Shown here: piece by piece, positions 51,683-61,560 of the stretch
Layout: every line of letters starts with the position of its first letter
Position numbering within the stretch: position 1 is the first letter of the stretch
Assembly (NCBI GenBank): GCA_019637755.1
Contig: JAHBVC010000002.1
Coordinates: forward strand, 465,027-529,026
Length of the DNA stretch: 64,000 nt
DNA from: Anaerolineales bacterium
GTDB lineage: Bacteria; Chloroflexota; Anaerolineae; Anaerolineales; UBA11579
Reading direction: 5' to 3'
Notes under the pieces: model-generated
The model's database searches: none
Seen by the model: the letters and a program-made list of their open reading frames with translations, nothing else
Told to the model about the DNA's origin: nothing
Program-made: the position numbers and the translations under genes

Positions 51683-52713
51683 TGGCCGGCACATGGGTAT
51701 ACGTAGACCATTTCAAAGGCACCGCGCTGCCGGCCTCGTATGAAGCCATCGCCGCGGCCAAAGCCCTGGGCAGCCCGGTAACCGCCCTCATCTTCGGCCA
51801 GGGCGTAGACGCCCTGGCGCAAAGCGCCTTCCACTACGGCGCGGATGCCGTGCTGCTGGGCGAAGATGCCAGCCTGGCGGATTACCGCGCCGAAGCCTAT
51901 GCCAGCCTGCTCAGCAAGCTGGCCAAAGAGCAGCAGCCGGATGCGGTGCTGTTCCCCACCAGCAGCCGCGCCCGCGAGATCGCCGCGATGGTGGCCATCG
52001 ACCTGGATACCGGTGTGCTGGTGGATGTCACCGAGATCAGCCAAGAGGGCGAAGGCTTCGTGGCCACTCACCCGATCTACGCCGGCAAGCTGCTCAGCAA
52101 GGTAACCGTGGCGGCCAAGCCGGCACTGGTTACGCTGCGCGGGCGCGCCTTCGGCAAGCCGGTGGCGGATGCCAGCCGCAGCGGCACGGTCACCAAGGTG
52201 GCCGCCGCCGTGGCCGAGGGTGACCTGCAGACCAAGGTGGTGGATTACGCCACCGTGGAAGGCCGCGTCAGCCTGGCCGACGCGGCGGTGATCGTCTCGG
52301 GTGGGCGCGGCGTGGCCAACAACCCCGCCCTGACCCCGCCAGCGGAGATCACTGACGAAAAAGAAAAAGAGATCTGGCGCGCCCAGCAGGGCTTCAGCAT
52401 GATTGGTGAGCTGGCCCAGGCATTGAATGGTGCCGTGGGCGCCAGCCGCGCCGCGGTGGATGCCGGCTACATTCCGTATGCCAACCAGGTCGGCCAGACC
52501 GGCAAAGTCGTCTCGCCCGATCTGTACATTGCGCTGGGCATCTCTGGCGCCATCCAGCATCTGGCGGGTATGCGCACCAGCAAAGTGATCGTCGCGGTAA
52601 ACAAAGACCCCGACGCGCCGATCTTCAAGCTGGCACGTTTCGGCGTGGTGGGCGATCTGTACGAGATCGTACCGGCACTGACCAAAGCCTTCAAAGAACG
52701 ACTGAGCAAGTAA
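51682..52713 (+). CDS. etfA: Electron transfer flavoprotein subunit alpha
   Basis: C-terminal FAD-binding region [29 protein letters not shown]. The start overlaps the etfB stop. Confidence 0.92.
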   Translation: MAGTWVYVDHFKGTALPASYEAIAAAKALGSPVTALIFGQGVDALAQSAFHYGADAVLLGEDASLADYRAEAYASLLSKLAKEQQPDAVLFPTSSRAREIAAMVAIDLDTGVLVDVTEISQEGEGFVATHPIYAGKLLSKVTVAAKPALVTLRGRAFGKPVADASRSGTVTKVAAAVAEGDLQTKVVDYATVEGRVSLADAAVIVSGGRGVANNPALTPPAEITDEKEKEIWRAQQGFSMIGELAQALNGAVGASRAAVDAGYIPYANQVGQTGKVVSPDLYIALGISGAIQHLAGMRTSKVIVAVNKDPDAPIFKLARFGVVGDLYEIVPALTKAFKERLSK

Positions 52714-52720
52714 AACCCAC

Positions 52721-52769
52721 CCTGGAGATAGAAAAAGCACGCGCACGCGTGCTTTTTCTTATCTCCAGG
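52721..52769 (+). terminator. Long stem-loop terminator after etfA
   Basis: ~23-bp stem CCTGGAGATAGAAAAAGCACGCG / CGCGTGCTTTTTCTTATCTCCAGG with one bulged T. Confidence 0.7.
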
Positions 52770-52778
52770 GTTGTTAGC

Positions 52779-53977
52779 ATGGTGAGCACTGTGAGCAAAC
52801 AACCGCTGTGGATCGGCTATCTGGCCTTCGCCGCCTTTGGCGCCTATGAGGGTTTGATCGGCGTCGCCTGGCCCTCAATGCGCGCAACGTTTGCCCTCTC
52901 GCTGGATGCCATCGGCGGCTTGTTTCTGGTGGGCCTGGTGGGCTTCGTGCTACTGAGCTTCAGCAGCGGCTGGATCATCCGGCGGAGTTCCTTGTATGCG
53001 CTGTTGCTGGCGAGCAGCCTGGCACGCAGCAGCGGGCTGCTGCTGATGGCGCTGGCGCCGCGCTGGGAGGGCGTGCTAGTAGGCGGCTTCCTGGCCTCGA
53101 TGGGCGCCGGGGGCATTGACCCCACGGTGAATGGCCATGTAACCAGCTACCACTCCGCCCGCCAACTCAATTGGCTGCACGCCAGCTTTGGCGTGGGCGC
53201 TACGCTCGGCCCGTTCCTGGTGGCGGCGTTGTTGGCCAACCAGCTCTCGTGGCGTTGGACCTTTGGCCTGTTGGCGGCGGTGCAGGCGCTCTCCATATGG
53301 CTCATCTGGCGCAGCGCACCCGCCTGGCGCGTGGCGGCGGCCGCCCCGGCCGCAGGCAGCGCCCCGGCGGGCAGTTTGTGGGCCATGCTGCGCCTACCGG
53401 TGGTGTGGCTCAGCGTACTGATCTTCTTTGTATACACCGGGGTTGAGGTCAGCACCGGGCAATGGAGCTACAGCCTGCTGACCCTGGGGCGCGGCATTGA
53501 CCCCATCGTCGCCAGCACCTGGGTCTCCTTGTATTGGGGCAGCTTCACTCTGGGGCGCATTGTGTTTGGGTTCATTGTGGAGCGCATCAACGTACAGCGT
53601 TTTCTGCGCGCCGCGTTGGCGGCTGCCAGCCTCGGCGCCGGTTTGCTGTGGCTCAACCCCGCCGCCTGGCTGGGCCTGCTGGGCCTGGCGCTCACCGGCT
53701 TGGCCTTGGCGCCCGTGTTCCCGGTACTGATCGCCACCACGCCGCAACGCGTCAGCGCGGGCCAGGTGCCAACACGCTCGGCTTTCAGATCGCCGCCGCC
53801 GGCCTGGGTGGCTCCCTACTGAGCAGCCTGACCGGCGTGCTGGCCGATTCCGTCAGCCTCGAGAGCATCGCCGCATTCATTTTTGCATTGCTGCTGGCGA
53901 TGCTGGTGATCTATGAAACTTTGCAATGGCTGACGCACAAACCGCGCCTGCGCGGTCACGTTAGCCGGGATAGTTAA
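52779..53977 (+). pseudogene. MFS transporter interrupted by a single frameshift near 53751..53772 (or a sequencing error)
   Basis: ORF 52749..53822 carries TM1-TM11 (..LIATTPQRVSAG). ORF 53534..53977, in another frame, continues with ANTLGFQIAAAGLGGSLLSSLTGVLAD.., the expected last MFS helices. Start taken at ATG 52779, after the etfA terminator. Confidence 0.65.
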
Positions 53978-54362
53978 AGCTACCCACCAGTTCGCCGTTG
54001 AGCCACACTTCATAACTACCATCTTGCAGGCCCTCCAAGGGAATGCTGATGGTCTCATCAAAGGGTTGCAGCACCTGCACACAACGCGCCAGCGGGTCCA
54101 CGGTGGTGTACAGGCTGACATGAATCTGGCCCTGGGCATTGGCGGGCGCGATTTCGTAGTGCCATAAGTGACACGGCGTGGGCAGGTTACCCTGTAGCAC
54201 GAGCTGAAGCTGAATGGGAAAGCTTTCCAAAACCAGCAGCTGCGCCGAGTCAATGTAGATCGGCCCCTGCGCGTTATCTGGAGGTACCTCAGTAGCAGGT
54301 GAGGCACCGCAGGCACTCACTACAGCGGCCAGAAGCACAAGAAGAAAGATTCGAGTTTTCAT
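53961..54362 (-). CDS. Small lipoprotein, function unknown
   Basis: MKTRIFLLVLLAAVVSAC lipobox. ORF trimmed to ATG 54362. Overlaps the MFS 3' end by 17 nt in convergent orientation. Confidence 0.55.
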   Translation of the reverse strand: MKTRIFLLVLLAAVVSACGASPATEVPPDNAQGPIYIDSAQLLVLESFPIQLQLVLQGNLPTPCHLWHYEIAPANAQGQIHVSLYTTVDPLARCVQVLQPFDETISIPLEGLQDGSYEVWLNGELVGSFNYPG

Positions 54363-54459
54363 GCTCACACAACGCCTCCTGTACAGACGATGTTCCCACA
54401 CGGATATTAAGGCTGATTAAACCATGCGCCAGCCAACAGCGTAGTGGGCCTGAAAACGA

Positions 54460-54465
54460 TACAAT
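54460..54465 (+). promoter_or_regulatory. -10 box TACAAT, 7 nt upstream of the fhaA-like ATG at 54473
   Basis: TACAAT-GCCTGAC-ATG with no SD. Confidence 0.4.
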
Positions 54466-54472
54466 GCCTGAC

Positions 54473-55246
54473 ATGAGCCAGTTGAACCGATTGGAAGCAC
54501 GCTTGCAACGTCTGATCGAAGATGGCACGGCGCGTTTATTCGCCTCGCAAGACACCAAGGCCATCCTGGCGGCGCAATTGATCGAAGCGATGCAGGCGCA
54601 GGTGCAGTTTGCCGGCGCCGACAGCCTGCGCGCCCCTGGCACCTATACGATCCTGGCGGCCAGCGAGCACGCCAGCAGCCTGCGCGCCAACGCTGGCCTG
54701 CTGGACGAGCTGCGCCAGGCGCTGCAGCACGCCGCGGCCGCCGCTAGCATCCAACTGCCCGGCGAGCTGGTGCTGCACGTGGCGCCGGACGAAGCGCTGA
54801 GCGAAGGCGAATTCCGCGTGCGCGCCAGCGGGGTGGGCGAAAGCCTGAGCACCACGCAGAGCCTGCGCGCCATCGATACCCCGCAGGACGAACGCATCCC
54901 GGCCGGAGCGTTTCTCATCGTGGCCGGCGCCGAGATCTTTCCGCTCACCCAGCCGATCCTCAACATTGGCCGCAAGAGCGATAACCACTTGGTCATCGAA
55001 AACCCACAAATTTCGCGCCGGCATGCGCAGCTGCGTGCGATTGACGGGCACTATCACTTCTTTGACCTGGGCTCGACGGGTGGTTCTTTCATCAACGGCG
55101 CGGAGGCCAAACGTGCCGTGCTGCTGGCCGGAGATGTGATCCAACTGGCCGGGGTAGTGCCGCTGATCTATGGGCAGGACACCGGCAGCCAGCCGCAGGA
55201 GACCCAGGAAATCCACACCCATGCCCAGCGATTGACGCATGGCTGA
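54473..55246 (+). CDS. FhaA-like protein (N-terminal DUF3662-like region plus C-terminal FHA domain)
   Basis: MSQLNRLEARLQRLIEDGTARLF.. at the N-terminus. FHA ILNIGRKSDNHLVI..ISRRHAQL..FDLGSTGGSFING. An alternative ATG lies at 54464. Confidence 0.75.
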   Translation: MSQLNRLEARLQRLIEDGTARLFASQDTKAILAAQLIEAMQAQVQFAGADSLRAPGTYTILAASEHASSLRANAGLLDELRQALQHAAAAASIQLPGELVLHVAPDEALSEGEFRVRASGVGESLSTTQSLRAIDTPQDERIPAGAFLIVAGAEIFPLTQPILNIGRKSDNHLVIENPQISRRHAQLRAIDGHYHFFDLGSTGGSFINGAEAKRAVLLAGDVIQLAGVVPLIYGQDTGSQPQETQEIHTHAQRLTHG

Positions 55247-55706
55247 GCTGCCCGCCTACCTGCTGCTCATCGTGCGCGCCTTGATGGCGCTGGCTCTGTA
55301 TGGCTTTTTGGCCTGGTGCTTCCTCACCTTGTGGCGCGAGCTTAAGCAGCAAGCCGATAGCCTGGCCCGCCAGCGCGTGCCCGCCCTGCTGATCACCCCG
55401 GAGCCGGGCGGCGAGCAGATCCGCTTCGCCACGCCCGAAGTCACCATTGGGCGCCACCCCAGTTGCGAGTGGGTGCTGAACGACGACACGGTTTCCTCGC
55501 GCCATGCCCGCCTGGTCTTTCACCACGATCATTGGTGGCTTGAAGATCTGGGCTCACGCAATGGCACCTTTTTAAACGGCGACAGTTTGCGGGCGCCCGT
55601 GGTGCTCACCAATCAAGACCGCATTCGCTGCGGGCAGGTGGGCTTTGCCCTGCAGATCGACGCCCTGCCCCAACCCACCCCATCCCAAGCACAGGAATTG
55701 CCATGA
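55239..55706 (+). CDS. FhaB-like membrane-anchored FHA domain protein
   Basis: N-terminal TM segment, then TIGRHPSCEWVLNDDTVSSRHARL..LEDLGSRNGTFLNG. Overlaps the fhaA-like stop. Confidence 0.8.
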   Translation: MAELPAYLLLIVRALMALALYGFLAWCFLTLWRELKQQADSLARQRVPALLITPEPGGEQIRFATPEVTIGRHPSCEWVLNDDTVSSRHARLVFHHDHWWLEDLGSRNGTFLNGDSLRAPVVLTNQDRIRCGQVGFALQIDALPQPTPSQAQELP

Positions 55707-56566
55707 GCGAAACCGCTACCCTTGCCATCATTGGCGGCTCCGGCCTGTATGACATGCCAGGTCTAGAAGACAAACAGGAGCACAGGCTCACCACACCGTT
55801 CGGGGAACCGAGCGCGCCGATCATCGTCGGCCGCCTGGCCGGCCAGCGCGTGGCCTTTCTGGCGCGCCACGGGCTCACCCACACCATCTCGCCCACCCAT
55901 GTGAACTACCGCGCCAACATCTATGCGCTCAAAGCCCTGGGCGTGCGCTGGGTGGTGGCGGTGAGCGCATGCGGCTCGCTGCGTGCCGATTTTGAGCCCG
56001 GGCATATTGTGGTGCCCAGTGAACTGTTTGACTTCACCCGCCGCCGGGTGAGCTCCTTTTTTGATGAGCCCGGCCTGGTGGCGCATGTCGGCGTGGCGGA
56101 GCCGTTCTGCGCCAGCCTGAGTGCCCAGGTCTACGCGGCCTGCCAGGCCGCCGGCGCCACTGCCCACCTCGGCGGCGACTACATTACAGTGGAGGGGCCG
56201 CGCTTCTCCACCCGCGCCGAATCGAACATCTTCCGCTCGTGGGGCCTCTCGATCATCGGCATGACCACCAGCCCCGAGGCCTTTCTGGCGCGCGAGGCCG
56301 AGCTGTGCTACGCCGTCATGGCTCACGTCACCGATTACGACGTATGGCATGATGAGCCGGTGAGCGTGGATATGGTGGTGCGCACCCTGCAGCAAAATAC
56401 GCATGTGGCCCAGGCGGCCATTCGCAAACTGGTTGAAAGCCTGCAGGCCCCTGAGTGCACCTGTGAAAATGCCCTGGCGGATGCGCTGATCACCCAGAAA
56501 GCCAACATTGATCCCGCCGTGCGCCAGAAACTCGGCATCCTGGTAGACAAGTACCTCAGTAAATGA
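55703..56566 (+). CDS. mtnP: S-methyl-5'-thioadenosine phosphorylase
   Basis: AIIGGSGLYDM..FLARHG..H.ISP..VNYRANIYALKALGV..GMTTSPEA. Overlaps both neighbours by 4 nt. Confidence 0.9.
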   Translation: MSETATLAIIGGSGLYDMPGLEDKQEHRLTTPFGEPSAPIIVGRLAGQRVAFLARHGLTHTISPTHVNYRANIYALKALGVRWVVAVSACGSLRADFEPGHIVVPSELFDFTRRRVSSFFDEPGLVAHVGVAEPFCASLSAQVYAACQAAGATAHLGGDYITVEGPRFSTRAESNIFRSWGLSIIGMTTSPEAFLAREAELCYAVMAHVTDYDVWHDEPVSVDMVVRTLQQNTHVAQAAIRKLVESLQAPECTCENALADALITQKANIDPAVRQKLGILVDKYLSK

Positions 56567-59205
56567 AAGCGCCCGCCGGTTTGCGGCGCCTGCTGCCCGC
56601 CAGCGTGTCCGCCAGCCTGCTGCGGCTGGCGGCCGTGTTCATGGCGCTGTACGGCGTGGCGCTCACTCTCTCGCCTGCGGTGCGCCAGCGCAGTTGGCTG
56701 CCGCTGGGTGCGCTGCGCTGGGGCCATTGGCTCGGCATCCTGGTGTGGCTGCTGGCGATGCTGTGGCTCGACCGGCGCATGCGCCAGGCGCTGCCCAACC
56801 GCGATCCGTTTCTGATCCCGGTGGCCGGCTTGCTCAGCGGCTGGGGCTTGCTCACCATCTGGCGCCTCACCGGCACCTTTGGCCTGCGCCAGACCGCCTG
56901 GCTGGCGCTGAGCGCGGCGCTGTGCGTGCTGGCATTGCGCCAGCGCCAGCGCATTCTGCCCACCTTGCGGCGCTACAAATACCTCTGGCTGCTGGCCGGC
57001 CTGTTGATCACCGCCCTGACGTTTCTATTTGGCATCAACCCATCCGGCATTGGCCCCGATCTGTGGCTGGGCTGCTGCGGTATGTACTTCCAGCCTTCCG
57101 AACTGCTGAAATTGCTGTTGATCATTTACCTGGCGGCCTATTTGGCCGATCGCCAGCCGCTGATGAGCGGGCTGGTGCCATTACTGGCGCCCACCGCAGT
57201 GATGACCGGCGCGGTATTGCTGTTATTGATGGTGCAACGCGATCTAGGCACCGCCTGGGTCTTCATTTTTGTGTACACCTTGCTGATCTACAGCGCCGCC
57301 GGTAAGCGCCGCGTGCTGCTGGCCAGCCTGCTGGTGCTGCTGGTAGCCATGCTGGCGGGCTACGAGTTGGTGAGCCTGGTGCACGCGCGCATCGATAGCT
57401 GGCTGAACCCCTGGCTCGATCCGAGCAATCGCTCGTATCAAATCGTGCAAGCCCTGATGGCAATCGCCGCTGGCGGCTTGTTCGGGCGCGGGCCGGGCAT
57501 GGGCAGCCCCGGTTTTGTGCCGGTGGCGCATAGTGACTTTATCTACACCTCGATCGTGGAAGAAAGCGGCCTGCTGGGGGCGATCGCCCTACTGACCCTG
57601 ATCGCCTTTCTGGTGCTGCGCGCCCTGCGCATCTCATTGCAGGCGCGGGATGCCTATCAGCGGTACCTGGCGATTGGCTTGGCCGCTTACCTGGCCAGCC
57701 AGAGCCTGTTGATCATCGGCGGCAACATTCGTATGCTGCCGCTTACTGGGGTAACTTTGCCGTTTGTCTCTTACGGCGGCTCCTCGTTGCTGGTTTCGTT
57801 TATCGCGCTGCTGCTGCTCAGCCTGGTCAGCCACGAGGGCATGCACCGCGCCGCGCCGATGTTGAACAGCCGGCCCACACTGTTGCTGGCCGGCCTGTTG
57901 CTGGGCGCGTTCGCGCTGGCGGCGCTGATCACCGGATGGTGGGGCGTGGTGCGCGGGCCGGATCTGCTGACGCGCAGCGATAACGCCCGCCGCGGCCAGA
58001 CCGATCGCCTGGTGTGGCGCGGCGCCCTGCTCGACCGTGACCTGCTGCCGCTGGCGCGCACCAGCGGCAGCGCCGGGCAATACCAGCGCGCCTACCCGTA
58101 TGCCGAGCTGAGCAACGTGCTGGGCTATTCACACGCGCAATTCGGCCAATCTGGCCTGGAGGATGGGCTCGACCCGATTCTGCGTGGTGAGGAGCGCCAG
58201 CCTGCCTGGGCGCTGTGGTGGAGCCATATTCTGTATGGGCAACCCGCGCCGGGTCTGGATGTGCAGCTCAGCCTGGACACCGAGCTAACCCGGCGCGCCG
58301 CGGATGCACTGGCCGGGCAACGCGGCGCACTGGTGCTGCTGGATGCCCAATCGGGCGAGGTGCTGGCGTTGGCCTCGCAGCCCGGCTTTGATGCCGCCCT
58401 GCTCAGCCAGGAATGGCAATCCGTACTTAGCGATCCCGACGCGCCGTTGATGAACCGCGCCGTGCAGGGCAGCTACCCGGCCGGGGGCGCCATCGGCCCG
58501 TGGCTGCTGGCGGCCGCCCGCAGCCAGGGCAGCGTGCCGGCGGCAAATGCCGCCAGCACAGGCGAGTACACCCTGGCCGGCCGTAGCCTGCACTGCAGCT
58601 ACACTCCCACGGATACGCAAGATTGGGATGCGCTCGTGCAAGCTGGCTGCCCGGCGGCGTTGGCGCAACTGGGGCTGGCACTGGGCGAGCAGGAGCTACT
58701 GAGCCTGTTCACGAACCTGGGCCTATACCGCAACCCCAGCGTGCCATTGAGCCAGCCGGCGCGCAGCGCGCCCAACCGCCTGCCGCGCCCGGGCGACGTG
58801 GCCACCGGGCAGGCCGAGCTGTTGGTGAGCCCGTTGCAAATGGCGCTGGTGGCGGCTTCGTTGAGCAACGGCGGCGAAGTGCCCGCCGCCCAGTTGGCGC
58901 TGGCGGTCAAGGATGCCCGGGGGGCTTGGCAGCCTTACGCCGAAGACGCTGACCCGTCGCGCGTGCTCGACAGCATCGCCGCCTATAGCCAGGCGCTCAA
59001 ACTGGCCGCCGCGGATGCGCTGATATGGGAGCACCGCGCCTACGGCTACGACCGCGAAGGCGAGCGCTACGCCTGGTATCTGGCCGGCACGTTGAGCAGC
59101 ACCGCCCAGCGCCCACTCAGCCTGGTTGTGCTGCTGGAGGATGGTGGCACGGCGCGGGCCGCCGCCATCGGCCGGCAGCTACTTCAGGCAGCCCTGGCCG
59201 AGTAA
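56563..59205 (+). CDS. SEDS-family peptidoglycan polymerase (RodA/FtsW) fused to a penicillin-binding-protein-like module that lacks transpeptidase motifs
   Basis: 880 aa. Residues ~1-425 are SEDS (..VPVAHSDFIYTSIVEESG.., TGVTLPFVSYGGSSL). Residues ~440-880 resemble class B PBP (ATGQAELLVSPLQMALVAASLSNGG, YAWYLAGT..LSLVVLLEDGG), but YPAGGAIGPW stands where YPPGSTFK is expected. Confidence 0.8.
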   Translation: MKAPAGLRRLLPASVSASLLRLAAVFMALYGVALTLSPAVRQRSWLPLGALRWGHWLGILVWLLAMLWLDRRMRQALPNRDPFLIPVAGLLSGWGLLTIWRLTGTFGLRQTAWLALSAALCVLALRQRQRILPTLRRYKYLWLLAGLLITALTFLFGINPSGIGPDLWLGCCGMYFQPSELLKLLLIIYLAAYLADRQPLMSGLVPLLAPTAVMTGAVLLLLMVQRDLGTAWVFIFVYTLLIYSAAGKRRVLLASLLVLLVAMLAGYELVSLVHARIDSWLNPWLDPSNRSYQIVQALMAIAAGGLFGRGPGMGSPGFVPVAHSDFIYTSIVEESGLLGAIALLTLIAFLVLRALRISLQARDAYQRYLAIGLAAYLASQSLLIIGGNIRMLPLTGVTLPFVSYGGSSLLVSFIALLLLSLVSHEGMHRAAPMLNSRPTLLLAGLLLGAFALAALITGWWGVVRGPDLLTRSDNARRGQTDRLVWRGALLDRDLLPLARTSGSAGQYQRAYPYAELSNVLGYSHAQFGQSGLEDGLDPILRGEERQPAWALWWSHILYGQPAPGLDVQLSLDTELTRRAADALAGQRGALVLLDAQSGEVLALASQPGFDAALLSQEWQSVLSDPDAPLMNRAVQGSYPAGGAIGPWLLAAARSQGSVPAANAASTGEYTLAGRSLHCSYTPTDTQDWDALVQAGCPAALAQLGLALGEQELLSLFTNLGLYRNPSVPLSQPARSAPNRLPRPGDVATGQAELLVSPLQMALVAASLSNGGEVPAAQLALAVKDARGAWQPYAEDADPSRVLDSIAAYSQALKLAAADALIWEHRAYGYDREGERYAWYLAGTLSSTAQRPLSLVVLLEDGGTARAAAIGRQLLQAALAE

Positions 59206-59213
59206 AGCCACAC

Positions 59214-59244
59214 AAAAAGCCCCCTGCTCGGCAGGGGGCTTTTA
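59214..59244. terminator. Bidirectional intrinsic terminator (SEDS-PBP gene / tyrS)
   Basis: AAAAAGCCCCCTGC-TCG-GCAGGGGGCTTTT. Confidence 0.85.
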
Positions 59245-59252
59245 TTCTAGTA

Positions 59253-60467
59253 CTAGAATTCTATGCGTACGAAACGCCGCTTGCCTACCTGCAGCACGCC
59301 GGCGGCAGGCAGCGCCGCCGCCGGGTCACTGAGGGCTTCGCCATCCAGGCGCACGCCCTTCTGCTCGATGAGGCGGCGGCCCTCGCTCTTGCTGGCGACG
59401 AGGCCAGCCGCGATCAAGACGTCAATAAGCGGCTGCTCTTTGCCAGCGGTGAAGCTTTCCATCTCCGTTGGTACATTGCCCTGCTGGAACACGCGGTCAA
59501 AGTTGACGCGTGCCTCGGCTGCCGCAGCCGGGCCATAGAAGATCTCGGTGATCTCGGCGGCCAGTTGTGCCTTGGCTTCACGCGGGTGCAGGCGGCCATC
59601 GGCCAGTTGCGCCTCGCGCTCGGCGATCTGCGGCGCGGTCCAGCGGCTCACCAGGCGCATAAAGCTGCCCATCGCCTTATCGGGCAGGCTCATCACCTTG
59701 CCGAACATGTCATTGGCATCTGTATTGAGCGGGATGTGGTTGCCGAGCGATTTGCTCATCTTGACCTCGCCATCGGTACCCGGCAGGATGCCCATGATGA
59801 TGCCGATGTTGGGCTTGGCGCCCAGGGCGCCCATCAGCTTGCGCCCGGCGGTGAGGATATTGAAAAGCTGGTCCGTGCCGCCCACCTGCACATCGGCTTG
59901 CAGCGCGTAGGCATCGTAGCCTTGCATGATGGGATAGAAGGTCTCATGCAGATAGATCGGATCGCCCTTTTCCCAACGCAGGTGGAAGTTCTCACGCGTG
60001 ATGAATTGCTGCAGCGTGAAGTTGGCCCCCAGCTTGATCAGATCGGCAAAGGTGAGCTTGGAGAGCCATTCGGCATTGTGGCGCACTTCGGTCTTCTCTT
60101 TGTCGAGCACGCGAAAGGCCTGCTCGGCGTAGGTGCGCGCGTTCTCCTCCACCTGTTCGGCGGTGAGCTGCGGGCGCAACTGATCCTTGTCCGAGGGGTC
60201 ACCGATCAGCGAGGTGAAAGTGCCGATCAGGAAGACCACCTGGTGGCCCAGCTCCTGAAACTGGCGCAGCTTGCGCATCGGGATAGTGTGGCCGAGGTGC
60301 AGATCAGTGGTGCGCGGGTCAAACCCGCAATAGACGCGCAGCGGGCGGCCGCTGGCGGCGGCCTCCTCCAGGCGCTGGCGCAGTTCATTCTCCATCGCCT
60401 TGGCCAGATTGGTATCACCGTATTCGGTGCCCTGCATCAGGGTAGCAACTTGCTCTTCGATATTCAT
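59253..60467 (-). CDS. tyrS: Tyrosine--tRNA ligase
   Basis: HIGH-type DLHLGH, KMSKS present, C-terminal S4-like domain. ORF trimmed to ATG 60467 (MNIEEQ), preceded by GGAG. Confidence 0.93.
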   Translation of the reverse strand: MNIEEQVATLMQGTEYGDTNLAKAMENELRQRLEEAAASGRPLRVYCGFDPRTTDLHLGHTIPMRKLRQFQELGHQVVFLIGTFTSLIGDPSDKDQLRPQLTAEQVEENARTYAEQAFRVLDKEKTEVRHNAEWLSKLTFADLIKLGANFTLQQFITRENFHLRWEKGDPIYLHETFYPIMQGYDAYALQADVQVGGTDQLFNILTAGRKLMGALGAKPNIGIIMGILPGTDGEVKMSKSLGNHIPLNTDANDMFGKVMSLPDKAMGSFMRLVSRWTAPQIAEREAQLADGRLHPREAKAQLAAEITEIFYGPAAAAEARVNFDRVFQQGNVPTEMESFTAGKEQPLIDVLIAAGLVASKSEGRRLIEQKGVRLDGEALSDPAAALPAAGVLQVGKRRFVRIEF

Positions 60468-60669
60468 CACAGCTCCATTAAACAAAGACGCCCTCGCTGG
60501 CGAGGGCGCGCAGGCTTGCCCGTCACCAGCTCAACGAGACGGGGCATACGCATAGGGGGCGAAACCTGCGTGCATAGCGGCATTATATAACATTCGCGCT
60601 GGGCAGCGCTGCGCAATCCGCCAAGCGATGCCCATAATGCTATAATGCCGAGGTTGCACCTTTACGACC

Positions 60670-61185
60670 ATGCAACCAAGCTTAAAGGAACTCGTCCTCG
60701 TTCTCAACACCAACTACGAACCGATCAACGTTTGCACGATGCGCCGCGCCATGGGCCTGATCTTTGCTGACAAGGCCTCCATGCTGCAAAACGGCCGCGG
60801 CGAGATCCACACGGCCCGTAAGGTGTACCCGGCGCCCTCCGTGATCCGGCTGGAGCGTATGGTGCGCCGCCCCCGCCCCAAAGTCAAGCTGAATAAGCAA
60901 GAAATCTTCCGCAGGGATGGCTACACCTGCCAGTATTGCGGCCGCAAAGATGTGGAGCTGACGCTAGATCACATCCTGCCGCGCCGCCTGGGCGGCCGCC
61001 ACAGTTGGGACAACTTGATCACGGCCTGCCGCGCCTGCAATCACCACAAGGGCGGCCGGGTGCTGGTGGAGGCGGGCATGCAGCTGCTCAGCCAGCCGCA
61101 TGCGCCGGCGGCTTCGGCGCAGTACATCTTTGGCCGCTACCTGGCCGAGAACCGCGATTGGGATAGCTTTATCAAGGGCTGGTAA
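60670..61185 (+). CDS. HNH endonuclease family protein (small stand-alone type)
   Basis: 171 aa with RRDGYTCQYCG....LTLDHILPRRLGGRHSWDNLITACRACNHHKG. Confidence 0.88.
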   Translation: MQPSLKELVLVLNTNYEPINVCTMRRAMGLIFADKASMLQNGRGEIHTARKVYPAPSVIRLERMVRRPRPKVKLNKQEIFRRDGYTCQYCGRKDVELTLDHILPRRLGGRHSWDNLITACRACNHHKGGRVLVEAGMQLLSQPHAPAASAQYIFGRYLAENRDWDSFIKGW

Positions 61186-61441
61186 TCTGCGCAGCACATT
61201 ACCAGTAGCTGATCTAGTTGACTTGCTGCGCACACTCTGGAGAACCTACTCGGCTAACGCCGAGTAACGCTTCTCCGCACGCATAGTACAAGCACAGGCG
61301 TAGGTTGTGCGACTTGTAGGCCTCAGGCAGCAAGAAAGCCGTCAGTAGCACGAGGGCAAGTAGCTTCATCTAGGTGTCCCAGGTGATTGTATGTTGGATG
61401 CGTCTTCACTCCTTTGCGGAATGCCGCTCACTTCCGCAAGT

Positions 61442-61486
61442 CTTGTCATTCCGAACGAGCCGCATAGCGGCGAGGAGGAATCCGTT
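61442..61486 (+). repeat. Interspersed palindromic repeat, family B variant
   Basis: CTTGTCATTCCGAACGAGCCGCATAGCGGCGAGGAGGAATCCGTT. Confidence 0.8.
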
Positions 61487-61560
61487 TGGCGCACAAGAAC
61501 AGTACTACCCGTCTGCACAAGTCCTTTCTCATACAAAGCACCATCTAACTCCGTCCCCTT

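Noticed and set aside
59244-59259. Perfect 16-bp palindrome ATTCTAGTACTAGAAT overlapping the tyrS stop codon.
   Set aside because: It is a single occurrence directly beside a strong bidirectional terminator. It is most simply an extension of the terminator region, and I see no evidence for a specific binding site.
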